A stretch of DNA of 64,000 nucleotides from an uncultured Actinomycetota bacterium. GTDB taxonomy: Bacteria; Actinomycetota; Actinomycetes; Propionibacteriales; Nocardioidaceae. The position numbers and the translations under genes are program-made. Shown here piece by piece: positions 54,733 to 64,000 of this stretch. The DNA lies in the NCBI GenBank assembly GCA_963782075.1, contig CAWAIJ010000010.1, positions 62,526-126,525 of the forward strand. Direction: 5' to 3'. Numbering within the stretch: the first letter of the stretch is position 1; each line of letters starts with the position of its first letter. The notes beneath the pieces are model-generated. The model worked only from the letters and a program-made list of their open reading frames with translations, did not search any database and was not told where the DNA came from.

Positions 54733-55478
54733 GCGACCGCGCCCAGTGGGAGCTCGACGTGCCCGGCCTGGACCGAGCCGGCACGGTGATCCGCTACGGC
54801 CACTGGGGTCGACCGGTCCTGGTCTTCCCGAGCGAGCAGGGCCGGGCCTGGGACTACGAGAACAACGGCATGGTCGACGCGGTCGGCGACCTGATCGACG
54901 CCGGCCGGATCAAGCTGTACTGCGTCGACTCGGTCGACGACCGGAGCTGGTCGGACCGGGGGTTGCCGCTGGAGGAGCGGGCGCAGCGCCACCGCGCCTA
55001 CGAGTCGTGGATCACCGACCGCGTCGTCCCGCTCATCGACCACGACTCACCGGATCGCGGTGAGCTGGTGGTGACCGGCTGCAGCCTCGGCGCCTTCCAC
55101 GCCCTGCAGCTGGCGCTCACGCGAGCGGACCTCTTCCCGCTGGCGATCTGCCAGTCCGGCAACTACGACCCGTCGGCCTGGCACGCGTGGGGCGACCGCA
55201 GCGACGCGGCGTACTTCACCAACCCCACCGACTACGTCCCCCACCTCGGTGGCGACCACCTGGACTGGCTGCGCGGGCGTCTCCACGTGGTGCTCACGGT
55301 CGGCGAGGGGCCGTGGGAGACCCATCCCACCGGCTCGCTGCCCAGCGCGCGACACCTGGCCGGCCTGCTCGCCGAGCGTGGGATCTCCCACGACCTCGAC
55401 GTCTGGGGCCACGACTCCGCCCACGACTGGCCCTGGTGGCAGCGCCAGCTCGCCCACCACCTGCCCCGGTTCTGCTGA
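54729..55478 (+). CDS. Esterase-family (alpha/beta hydrolase, 'putative esterase') protein
   Basis: YGHWGRPVLVFPSEQG..., nucleophile elbow GCSLGAFHAL and a C-terminal ...WGHDSAHDWPWW. The start overlaps the upstream stop. Confidence 0.7.
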   Translation: MSDRAQWELDVPGLDRAGTVIRYGHWGRPVLVFPSEQGRAWDYENNGMVDAVGDLIDAGRIKLYCVDSVDDRSWSDRGLPLEERAQRHRAYESWITDRVVPLIDHDSPDRGELVVTGCSLGAFHALQLALTRADLFPLAICQSGNYDPSAWHAWGDRSDAAYFTNPTDYVPHLGGDHLDWLRGRLHVVLTVGEGPWETHPTGSLPSARHLAGLLAERGISHDLDVWGHDSAHDWPWWQRQLAHHLPRFC

Positions 55479-55493
55479 TCGGAAAGGAACGCG

Positions 55494-56720
55494 ATGACCG
55501 ACCACCTGATCGGACTGCTGCTCGGAGCAGAGGAGGACTGGCCGCGCGCCTTCGAGGCGATCCTGCGACGGGTGGGACCCGTGACCGTGGAGGGTGAGCG
55601 CCACACCGTCTCCAGCGAACGGCTGACCATCGAGCCGTTCGACCTCACCGACCCGGTGCGCACCGACCTCGTCATCGACCGGCTCGCCCACTGGTACTAC
55701 CACCCGCGCGAGTGGTTGAAGAAGTCGGCGCTGATCAACGGCAGCTACCTGCTCAACAGCCCGTTCACGTTCCAGTCGATGGAGAAGCACAGCGCCTACT
55801 GCGCGATGCTGCGGCTCGGGCTCAAGGTCCCCACCACGATCCTGGTGCCCTACAAGAACCCGATCGACAACGTCCGCTGGGCCTACACGTCCGAGAAGTA
55901 CAACCAGTCCTTCGACCTCGACGCGATCGCCGACTCCCTGGGCTACCCGCTCTACATGAAGCCCTTCGACGGTGGCGGCTGGCGCGGTGTCTCCCGCATC
56001 AACGACCGCGGTGACCTCCACCGCGCCTACGACGAGTCCGGCGAGATGCTGATGCACCTGCAGGCGACCGTCGAGTACGAGCACTTCGCGCGGGCGCTGT
56101 CGATCGGCCCCGAGACGATGGTGATGGACTTCCGGCCCGACCAGCCGATGCACCAGCGGTACGCCGTCAACCACGACTTCCTCTCACCGTCGGCCGGCTA
56201 CGAGACAGCCGCCATCAGCCGGATCGTCAACGCCTTCTTCCACTGGGAGTTCAACTCCGCGGAGATGCTGGTTGCCGGCGACGAGGTCTACCCGATCGAC
56301 TACGCCAACGCCTGTCCCGACGTCGCGGTGACCAGCCTCCACTACTACTTCCCGTGGGCGATCACGGCGCTGGTGCGGTGGTCGGTCTACTGCGTCGTCA
56401 CCGGCCGGCGCAGCAACGTCGACCTCGAGACCAGCCGCTACTTCGACATCGCCGACTCCGACCGGACCTACGACGAGAAGCTGGCCGCCTACCTGGAGCT
56501 GGCCGACGCCCACTTCGAGACCGACCGCTACCGCGAGTGGTGCGCGGAGCACCTGCCCCACCTCGAGGAGCAGGTCCACGACTGGGTGGCGTCGGAGGAC
56601 TTCGACCGGATGCTGCGCGACACCGTCGCGGCGACGTACCCGCCGCACGAGCACGACGAGTTCATGGCCCACTTCCGCGGCCTGATCGGGCTCTGGGCCG
56701 AGCAGAACACCCCCAGCTGA
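55494..56720 (+). CDS. ATP-grasp-fold protein (RimK/glutathione-synthetase-like), conserved hypothetical
   Basis: ...KHSAYCAMLRLGLKVPTT...LGYPLYMKPFDGGGWRGVSRI...LMHLQ... matches the ATP-grasp central-domain pattern (K-P-x-x-G-x-x-G-x-G-V). A roughly 130-aa helical C-terminal extension follows. Confidence 0.65.
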   Translation: MTDHLIGLLLGAEEDWPRAFEAILRRVGPVTVEGERHTVSSERLTIEPFDLTDPVRTDLVIDRLAHWYYHPREWLKKSALINGSYLLNSPFTFQSMEKHSAYCAMLRLGLKVPTTILVPYKNPIDNVRWAYTSEKYNQSFDLDAIADSLGYPLYMKPFDGGGWRGVSRINDRGDLHRAYDESGEMLMHLQATVEYEHFARALSIGPETMVMDFRPDQPMHQRYAVNHDFLSPSAGYETAAISRIVNAFFHWEFNSAEMLVAGDEVYPIDYANACPDVAVTSLHYYFPWAITALVRWSVYCVVTGRRSNVDLETSRYFDIADSDRTYDEKLAAYLELADAHFETDRYREWCAEHLPHLEEQVHDWVASEDFDRMLRDTVAATYPPHEHDEFMAHFRGLIGLWAEQNTPS

Positions 56721-56727
56721 CCGCGAC

Positions 56728-57657
56728 TCAGGGGTAGTCGAGGGCCACGGCGCGCTGGCTGAGCTCCCACAGCGCCTGCTGTGCCTGCTCGTCGCGGGCC
56801 AGCGACGTGCAGCCCACCAGTCGCGGTGCGCCACGGGCCTCAGCCGCACCGCCCGGGCCGCAGTAGGTGCTGCCCGGCAGGTCGTCGGTCGCCGCCATCA
56901 GCAGCGGCTGCGCGCCCGCTGCCGCGGACTGCGAGATCGCCCGGTTGGCGCCGTGGAGGATCGACGCGAACGGCCCGCCGAGACCGCCGGTCTGGCCGTT
57001 GACGACCAGGTGGGTGCCGGCATAGCCCGGGTGGGCAGCCAGCGCCTTGACCGGCAGCCCCGCTGCCCGACAGCGACGGTCGAGCTCGAAGGTGAAGAGC
57101 AGGTTGGCCAGCTTGGAGCGGGCGTACGCCGGCCAGCGTCGGTAGTGAGTGGTGTGGCTGCGCGGGTCCTCCAGCGGCGGCCGCTTCGCAACCCGGTGCA
57201 TCTGCGACGACACCGCCACGACCCGGCCGTCGCCACTGGCGACCAGCTGCGGCAGCAGCAGGCCGGTCAGCAGGAACGGGCCGAGGTGGTTGGTCGCGAG
57301 CTGCAGCTCGAAGCCGTCCGGGGTCCGCTTCTCCGGCGTCGCCATCACGCCGGCGTTGTTCACCAGGCAGTGGATCGGACCGACGCCAGCGGCACGGGCC
57401 GCCGCCCGGCGTACGGAGGAGAGGTCCGCGAGGTCGACCACCAGTCGAGAGAGCTCGGCCGTGGGGACCGCCTCGGAGATCTGGCGCTCGGCGTCGGCGA
57501 GCTTGTCGTCGGAGCGGCCGGCGAGCACCACGCGGGCACCTCGCCGGGCGAGCTCGAGGGCGGTGTGGAAGCCGAGGCCACCGACGGTGCAGCCGGTGAC
57601 CAGGACGGTCCGTCCACTCTGGTCGGGCATGTCGTCGACGTGCCAGCCGCGGCTCAT
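56728..57657 (-). CDS. Short-chain dehydrogenase/reductase (retinol-dehydrogenase-like SDR)
   Basis: VLVTGCTVGGLG (TGxxxGxG), NNAG and the catalytic YARSK (YxxxK). The start is the ATG at 57657, overlapping the upstream stop. Confidence 0.88.
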   Translation of the reverse strand: MSRGWHVDDMPDQSGRTVLVTGCTVGGLGFHTALELARRGARVVLAGRSDDKLADAERQISEAVPTAELSRLVVDLADLSSVRRAAARAAGVGPIHCLVNNAGVMATPEKRTPDGFELQLATNHLGPFLLTGLLLPQLVASGDGRVVAVSSQMHRVAKRPPLEDPRSHTTHYRRWPAYARSKLANLLFTFELDRRCRAAGLPVKALAAHPGYAGTHLVVNGQTGGLGGPFASILHGANRAISQSAAAGAQPLLMAATDDLPGSTYCGPGGAAEARGAPRLVGCTSLARDEQAQQALWELSQRAVALDYP

Positions 57658-58481
57658 GGCGTCACCGCGAGGCTGGCGACGATGCGCTGCCCGAGCTCGG
57701 GGTCGCCCTCGATCCGGACCGCGTCGCTCTCGGCAGCACGCCGTCCGCCCGCCAGCTCGATGAAGCAGCCACGGCTCATCGCGAGCCGGACCGTCGGATC
57801 GGCCGGTGGCTCGGGGAGCCGCTCGCCGCGGCCCCGGTCGTTGACCGTGCAGGCGTACGGCGCATGGCCGTCGATCTCGAGCACGACCGTCGTGCCGGCG
57901 GGGGCACCGACCTTCTTGGCCACCACGAAGCCCAGGCTCTCGGCGAGGTAGTCGGCCGCGTGGATCCCGGCCGGGCCCTCCAGGTTGCCGGGCCGACCGA
58001 GCGCACGGCGTACGTCCTGCTCGTGCATCCAGAGGTCGAGCGGGCGGTTGCGCAGGAGCGTCTCGGTCGACCAGCCGATCATCCCGAACAGCCCGGGCGC
58101 GGGCGCCGACGGATCGGTGGGCGGTTCGGTCAGCAACGCGGTGTGACGCGTCGTGGCGGAGGAGCGGATCTCGTTGATCAGCTCGTCGGGCGACCGGTCG
58201 CGCCGGGCGACGACGCCCTGCTCGGTGAACTGTCCCATCGAGCTGCGCACGTGGTCGGGATCCCCGATCTCGACCTCGTCGTGCTCGGCTCCGGCCAGCA
58301 GTGCCTCGAGGTGGGCGGCGTGGGCAGCGACGGCGTGGACGTCCCACCCGGGCAGGTCGGTGGGCGTCGACCACTCCTCGTCGGGGACCTGCTCCAGGAG
58401 TGCGGTGAAGTCGTCGACCGCCTGCCACCAGAGCTCGACGTAGCCGGTCAGCTGCTCGGCGTCGTGCGGGGCTTGGCTCAT
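57654..58481 (-). CDS. Mycothiol-dependent maleylpyruvate-isomerase-family (DinB-like) protein with an SCP2-like C-terminal domain
   Basis: LPGWDVHAVAAHAAHLE (DinB/MDMPI N-terminal metal-site region), ...RNRPLDLWMHEQDVRRA..., and a C-terminal ...RIEGDPELGQRIVASLAV. Confidence 0.75.
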   Translation of the reverse strand: MSQAPHDAEQLTGYVELWWQAVDDFTALLEQVPDEEWSTPTDLPGWDVHAVAAHAAHLEALLAGAEHDEVEIGDPDHVRSSMGQFTEQGVVARRDRSPDELINEIRSSATTRHTALLTEPPTDPSAPAPGLFGMIGWSTETLLRNRPLDLWMHEQDVRRALGRPGNLEGPAGIHAADYLAESLGFVVAKKVGAPAGTTVVLEIDGHAPYACTVNDRGRGERLPEPPADPTVRLAMSRGCFIELAGGRRAAESDAVRIEGDPELGQRIVASLAVTP

Positions 58482-58696
58482 GGCCGGAGCCTAATCATGG
58501 GCCGTGACGCAGCGCACGGCGGTGAGGATTCATGGGACGGACGGTGTCGGTGGGAGGATGAAACCGTTGTGGCGCGGGCGTTTCGGCCCCGCCGCACTTC
58601 TCTTGAAACCCGGTGTGGTGTGCGGATGGAACCGCGCGGAGACCAGTGATCGGGTGCCCGGAGTCGTCATTCCGCACCCGAACCGAAAGCACCCCT

Positions 58697-60034
<1,338 letters not shown>

Positions 60035-60040
60035 GGATCC

Positions 60041-60895
60041 TCAGGCGCCCGAGAGCCGTCGCAACACGTCGGTGAGGTCGACCAGGTCGGCGGACTGCTC
60101 GGGCGGAAGCGCCGCCAGGTCGGTCGCCGCCAGCCGTCGGTAGACCGCGGCCATCGCGGCGAACAGCTCACCGGACGCGCCGGCGGCCGACTGCGTGGCG
60201 GCGATCTGCTCCATCTCGCCGACGAACCGGTGCGCCTTGCTGGTTGCGACCCCGATCCGTCGAGCTGCGGTCGTCACCTGCTCTGGATGTTCCTCGGCCA
60301 GGTCGGCGAGGACGATGTCGAGCACGCCGAGCGCGTGTGCGGTCTGGAGTGCCTGCGCCCAGACGGCAGTGGTGCCCTTGTAGACCGAGGCTGTGCACAT
60401 CTTCACTGCCGACGCGGTCCCGATCTCGGCGCCGACGACCCGGGTGCGGATCCCGTCGCCCGGGAGTGAGGCGAGCACGTCGGCCTGCGCGCCGCTCAGG
60501 TAGACCATCGTGTCGCCGCCGGGCCGTGGTGGACCGCCACTGATCGACCCGTCGACGAGTGCGAACGCGGCCTCTCCTGCTCGCTCCTCGAGCGCGGACA
60601 TGGTCTCGGGAGAGACCGCGTTGAGGTCGACCAGTAGGGGGCGCGCGTCGCCGGCCGCGGCGATCACGTCGTCCAGAACGGTGGTCGCAGCGGCGGGAGG
60701 GCACACGGTCACCACGACGTCGGCCGCGGTGACGACGTCACCCAGCGACGGAAGCAGCTCGAGCCCGTGCGCCAGTTCGCGGGTCCGTTCCGACCGGCCG
60801 TCGACCGTGGCCACGACCCGCGCGCCACCTGCGGCCCACGCCCGACCCAGCGCCGATCCCATGGCACCCGGCGACACGATCCCGACGGTCGTCAT
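60041..60895 (-). CDS. NAD(P)-binding oxidoreductase (6-phosphogluconate/3-hydroxyisobutyrate dehydrogenase-like N-domain plus DUF1932-like C-domain)
   Basis: Rossmann motif VGIVSPGAMGSALG at the N-terminus. Length 284 aa. Confidence 0.7.
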   Translation of the reverse strand: MTTVGIVSPGAMGSALGRAWAAGGARVVATVDGRSERTRELAHGLELLPSLGDVVTAADVVVTVCPPAAATTVLDDVIAAAGDARPLLVDLNAVSPETMSALEERAGEAAFALVDGSISGGPPRPGGDTMVYLSGAQADVLASLPGDGIRTRVVGAEIGTASAVKMCTASVYKGTTAVWAQALQTAHALGVLDIVLADLAEEHPEQVTTAARRIGVATSKAHRFVGEMEQIAATQSAAGASGELFAAMAAVYRRLAATDLAALPPEQSADLVDLTDVLRRLSGA

Positions 60896-60926
60896 CGGAG
60901 CAGCCTAGGTGCTCAGTCTGACCGGG

Positions 60927-61529
60927 TCACCCCAGCGCGAGCATGACGGCGATTCCCAGCATGGTGAGCCCGATCAGCACGTCGAGCACCTGCCAGGCCC
61001 GGGGGCTCGCGAGCACGCGGCTGGCACGGCGCGCGCCGTACCCGAGCCCGGTGAACCACACCAGGCTCGCGACGCTCGCACCCGCTGCGAACCACCAGCG
61101 ACCGTCCCCGCCGTCCTGGTTGGCAATCGAGCCGAGCAGCATCACCGTGTCGAGGTAGACGTGCGGGTTGAGCCAGGTGAGGGCCACCGCCGTGAGCACG
61201 GCCCGGCGCAGCCCGCCAGCGCCCGTCGCCGACGCCCGCAAGGAGTCCGGATTGCGGGCGCGGAGCAGCGAGCTCACGCCGTACCAGCCCAGGAAGGCGA
61301 CCCCGAGCCACCGCACGACGGTGATCGCGGCCGGTGCCTGCTCGACGATCGTGCCGATCCCGGCGACGCCCGCGACGATCAGCGCCAGGTCTGACAAGGC
61401 GCAGATCGCGACCACCGTGCCGACGTGGGAGCGCAGCAGCCCTTGCCGGAGCACGAAGGCGTTCTGCGCGCCGATGGCGATGATGAGGGTCAGGCCGGTG
61501 AGGAACCCGGTCGTGGTGTCGAGGAGCAC
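60927..61529 (-). CDS. LysE/ArgO-family amino-acid exporter
   Basis: GFLTGLTLIIAIGAQNAFVLRQGL (LysE signature), six hydrophobic segments and a length of 200 aa. Confidence 0.88.
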   Translation of the reverse strand: MLLDTTTGFLTGLTLIIAIGAQNAFVLRQGLLRSHVGTVVAICALSDLALIVAGVAGIGTIVEQAPAAITVVRWLGVAFLGWYGVSSLLRARNPDSLRASATGAGGLRRAVLTAVALTWLNPHVYLDTVMLLGSIANQDGGDGRWWFAAGASVASLVWFTGLGYGARRASRVLASPRAWQVLDVLIGLTMLGIAVMLALG

Positions 61530-61609
61530 GACCTGACGCTAGTCCGGACACACCGCAGCCAGTGGCCGGCCGCGAACTGCGACCGGCCACCGGGAAGTGA
61601 GGGCGAACG

Positions 61610-61822
61610 TCAGAGCTGGCGGCGCTCCTCGACGTGCGTGGTCTTCGACCGCTGCTGGTTCATGATCAGCGCCAGCACCAGCGCCAGGACGCCGGCGATG
61701 ACGCAGATCCAGCCGATGGTCTGCGCGTCGATGGCGGACGTGACGGACTCGGGGAGGTCGATGGCCTCGAGCACGAGGATCAGACCGAACACGAGCAACA
61801 GGATTCCAACACCGATTCCCAT
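61610..61822 (-). CDS. Small 2-TM membrane protein (DUF6458-like)
   Basis: MGIGVGILLLVFGLILVL...IGWICVIAGVLALVLALIM: two TM helices plus a basic tail, 70 aa. Confidence 0.6.
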   Translation of the reverse strand: MGIGVGILLLVFGLILVLEAIDLPESVTSAIDAQTIGWICVIAGVLALVLALIMNQQRSKTTHVEERRQL

Positions 61823-61875
61823 GGGAACTCCTTCGTGGTGGACGGGGACCTGAGTTCAGGTTACGCGTACAGACC

Positions 61876-63762
61876 TCAGAAGCTGGCCTCGTCGAGGTCC
61901 ATCAGGGCCAGGTCGATGCCCTCGGCGATGCGGCGCTCGGCGGTGATCTTGGGCAGGTTGTGCTGGGCGAAGAACTGCGCCGCCGCCACCTTGCCCTCGT
62001 AGAACCGCTGGTCCTTCTCGGAGACGTCGCCGGACAGCTTGGTCAGCGCGACCTCGGCACCGCGCAGCAGCAGCCACGCGCACACGACGTCGCCCAGCAC
62101 CATCAGCAGTCGGGTCGTGTTGAGGCCCACCTTGTAGATGTTGCGCAGCTCGCCGCCCTCAGCGGAGGCGTCAGCCGACATCAGGTCGTTGATCATGTGC
62201 CCGACGATCGCGTTCGCGTCCTCGAGCGCGGTCGCGAGCAGCGCCCGCTCGGTCTTGAGCCGACCGTTGCCGGCTTCACCGGCGATGAAGCCCTCGATCT
62301 CCTTGGCCAGGTGGCCCAGGGCACGGCCCTGGTCCTTGACGATCTTGCGGAAGAAGAAGTCCTGGCCCTGGATCGCGGTGGTGCCCTCGTAGAGGGTGTC
62401 GATCTTGGCGTCGCGCACGTACTGCTCGATCGGGTACTCGGTGAGGAAGCCCGACCCGCCCAGGGTCTGCAGCGACTCGGTGCCGAGCAGCACCCACGAA
62501 CGCTCCGAGCCGTAGCCCTTCACGATCGGCAGCAGCAGGTCGTTGACCGCCGCGGCGAGCTCGTCCTTCTCGCCCGCGTGCTCGGCCACCATCACCCGGT
62601 CCTGCCAGGAGGCGGTGTAGAGCACGAGGGACCGCATCGCCTCGGCGAACGACTTCTGCGTCATCAGCGAGCGCCGTACGTCGGGGTGGTGCGTGATCGT
62701 GACGCGCGGGGCCGTCTTGTCGGCGGCCTGCGTGAGGTCGGCGCCCTGGACGCGGGTCTTGGCGTAGTCGAGCGCGTTGAGGTAGCCGGTCGACAGCGTG
62801 GCGATGGCCTTGGAGCCCACCATCATCCGCGCGTTCTCGATCACCTGGAACATCTGCGCGATGCCGTCGTGGACCTCGCCGAGCAGCCAGCCCTTCGCGG
62901 GCTCGCCGCCACCGACGGAGGCGTCGCCGAAGGTGACCTCGCAGGTGTTGGAGACCTTGATGCCCATCTTGTGCTCGACGTTGGTGACGTAGGCGCCGTT
63001 GCGCTCGCCGGTCAGCTCGCCGGTCTCGTGGTCGAAGTGGATCTTCGGGACGATGAACAGGGAGAGGCCCTTGGTGCCGGGCCCACCGACGCCCTCGACG
63101 CCGACCGGGCGGGCGAGCACGAGGTGGATGATGTTCTCGCTCATGTCGTGCTCGGCCGAGGTGATGAAGCGCTTGACGCCCTCGATGTTCCAGGAGCCGT
63201 CCTCGTTGGCGGTGGCCTTGGCGCGGCCGGCGCCGACGTCGGAGCCGGCGTCGGGCTCGGTGAGGACCATCGTGGCCCCCCAGCCCCGCTCGACCATGAA
63301 CTCGGCGATCCGCTGGTCCCGCTCGTTGCCGTTGCTGTGGACGATCGAGGCGAAGCTCGGGCCGCAGGCGTACATCCAGACCGGGGCGTTGGAGCCGAGG
63401 ACCATCTCGCCGATCGCCCAGTTGAGCGTGGAGGGGGCGGGCGTGCCACCGATCTCCTCGGGGATCGAGAGCCGCCAGTACTCCGCGTCCATCCAGGTGT
63501 CGTAGCTCTTCTTGAAGGACGCCGGGACCGGCGCGGTGTGGGTCTGCGGGTCGAAGACCGGCGGGTTGCGGTCGCTGTCCTCGTACGACGCCGCAAGGTC
63601 CTCGCGGGACAGGCGGTCGACCTCGGACAGGATCGCGCGGGCGGTGTCGGAGTCGATCTCCGCGAACGGTCCGGTGCCGAGGACCTCGTCACGGCCGAGC
63701 ACCTCGAAGAGGTTGAACTCGATGTCGCGGAGGTTGCTCTTGTAGTGACTCACTGGATTCAC
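61876..63762 (-). CDS. Large acyl-CoA dehydrogenase (FadE5-type, with N- and C-terminal extensions)
   Basis: 628 aa. ...[13 protein letters not shown]..., ...[31 protein letters not shown]... (ACAD signature 2 and catalytic Glu region) and a C-terminal helical extension. Confidence 0.9.
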   Translation of the reverse strand: MNPVSHYKSNLRDIEFNLFEVLGRDEVLGTGPFAEIDSDTARAILSEVDRLSREDLAASYEDSDRNPPVFDPQTHTAPVPASFKKSYDTWMDAEYWRLSIPEEIGGTPAPSTLNWAIGEMVLGSNAPVWMYACGPSFASIVHSNGNERDQRIAEFMVERGWGATMVLTEPDAGSDVGAGRAKATANEDGSWNIEGVKRFITSAEHDMSENIIHLVLARPVGVEGVGGPGTKGLSLFIVPKIHFDHETGELTGERNGAYVTNVEHKMGIKVSNTCEVTFGDASVGGGEPAKGWLLGEVHDGIAQMFQVIENARMMVGSKAIATLSTGYLNALDYAKTRVQGADLTQAADKTAPRVTITHHPDVRRSLMTQKSFAEAMRSLVLYTASWQDRVMVAEHAGEKDELAAAVNDLLLPIVKGYGSERSWVLLGTESLQTLGGSGFLTEYPIEQYVRDAKIDTLYEGTTAIQGQDFFFRKIVKDQGRALGHLAKEIEGFIAGEAGNGRLKTERALLATALEDANAIVGHMINDLMSADASAEGGELRNIYKVGLNTTRLLMVLGDVVCAWLLLRGAEVALTKLSGDVSEKDQRFYEGKVAAAQFFAQHNLPKITAERRIAEGIDLALMDLDEASF

Positions 63763-63920
63763 CTGTTCGGTCTCGGGGCGGTCGTTCTCAGGGGGCCGGC
63801 ATGAGTATTACTACTCACCGGTAACAACAAGTATCACTCGCCGTCGTCGGCCGTGCAAGGGAATCCGGGGGTCCACCGCCTCACATGTGACGGGGACCAC
63901 CGAGCGCCACTGATTCACCA

Positions 63921-63938
63921 CCGAGTCGATCGACTCGG
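63921..63938. promoter_or_regulatory. Perfect 18-bp palindrome CCGAGTCGATCGACTCGG, candidate Rrf2 autoregulatory operator
   Basis: Read directly in the sequence. It ends 18 bp upstream of the Rrf2 start codon. Confidence 0.5.
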
Positions 63939-63956
63939 TCTGACAGACTCGCCCCA

Positions 63957-64000
63957 TGCGTGTCTCCGCCAAATCCGACTACGCCCTGCGGGCCCTGATC
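63957..64000 (+). CDS. Rrf2-family transcriptional regulator (N-terminal 14 codons only, then the window ends)
   Basis: MRVSAKSDYALRALI is the canonical Rrf2 N-terminus. Confidence 0.7.

Overview
High-G+C actinobacterial chromosomal DNA. Mycothiol-type enzymes, a DesA3-like desaturase, SARP and PucR regulators and Hanks kinases suggest a Nocardioides or Propionibacteriales-like organism, but that is inference only. The window is densely coding on both strands, with about 66 supportable protein genes. I found no rRNA, tRNA, CRISPR array or transposase. Most of it is housekeeping or ordinary accessory metabolism:
- an MprAB-like two-component pair
- an E1alpha/E1beta/E2 2-oxoacid dehydrogenase operon
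- an ArsR-CDF metal efflux pair
- a GlcNAc PTS/nagA regulon with a dre-like operator
- a DesA3-type desaturase with its reductase and a PucR regulator
- pgm, a FadE-type acyl-CoA dehydrogenase and a DEAD-box helicase

Many long ORFs in the supplied track are antisense or out-of-frame shadows typical of GC-rich DNA. I did not call them. Several real genes start well inside the listed ORFs, and I re-derived those starts by hand.

The most interesting locus is a translationally coupled four-gene module at 33401-35785:
- an SseB-like small protein
- an EspC/DUF2580-like small helical protein
- a 380-aa protein with a WXG-containing T7SS-substrate-like N-terminus, a glycine-zipper membrane domain and an acidic Asp/Trp repeat tail
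- a 4-TM plus PH-like protein

I read this as a candidate T7SS-exported pore-forming toxin with its immunity protein. No T7SS core genes are present in the window.

Other notable points:
- A variable region at about 15.9-24.8 kb begins at a truncated PIG-L deacetylase gene. It carries visibly lower-G+C genes, an internally deleted RelE/ParE-like remnant and a DUF222-HNH (REP13E12-like) gene.
- A nested double inverted repeat sits between nagA and a TolB-like propeller gene.
- An ECF sigma factor has no anti-sigma gene. It is coupled to an M1 lipoprotein peptidase and lies divergent to a Ser/Thr kinase.
- An Arg/Thr-rich 51-codon ORF lies next to a SARP/NB-ARC/TPR regulator.

All functional calls come from reading motifs in the translations. 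No database search was possible.
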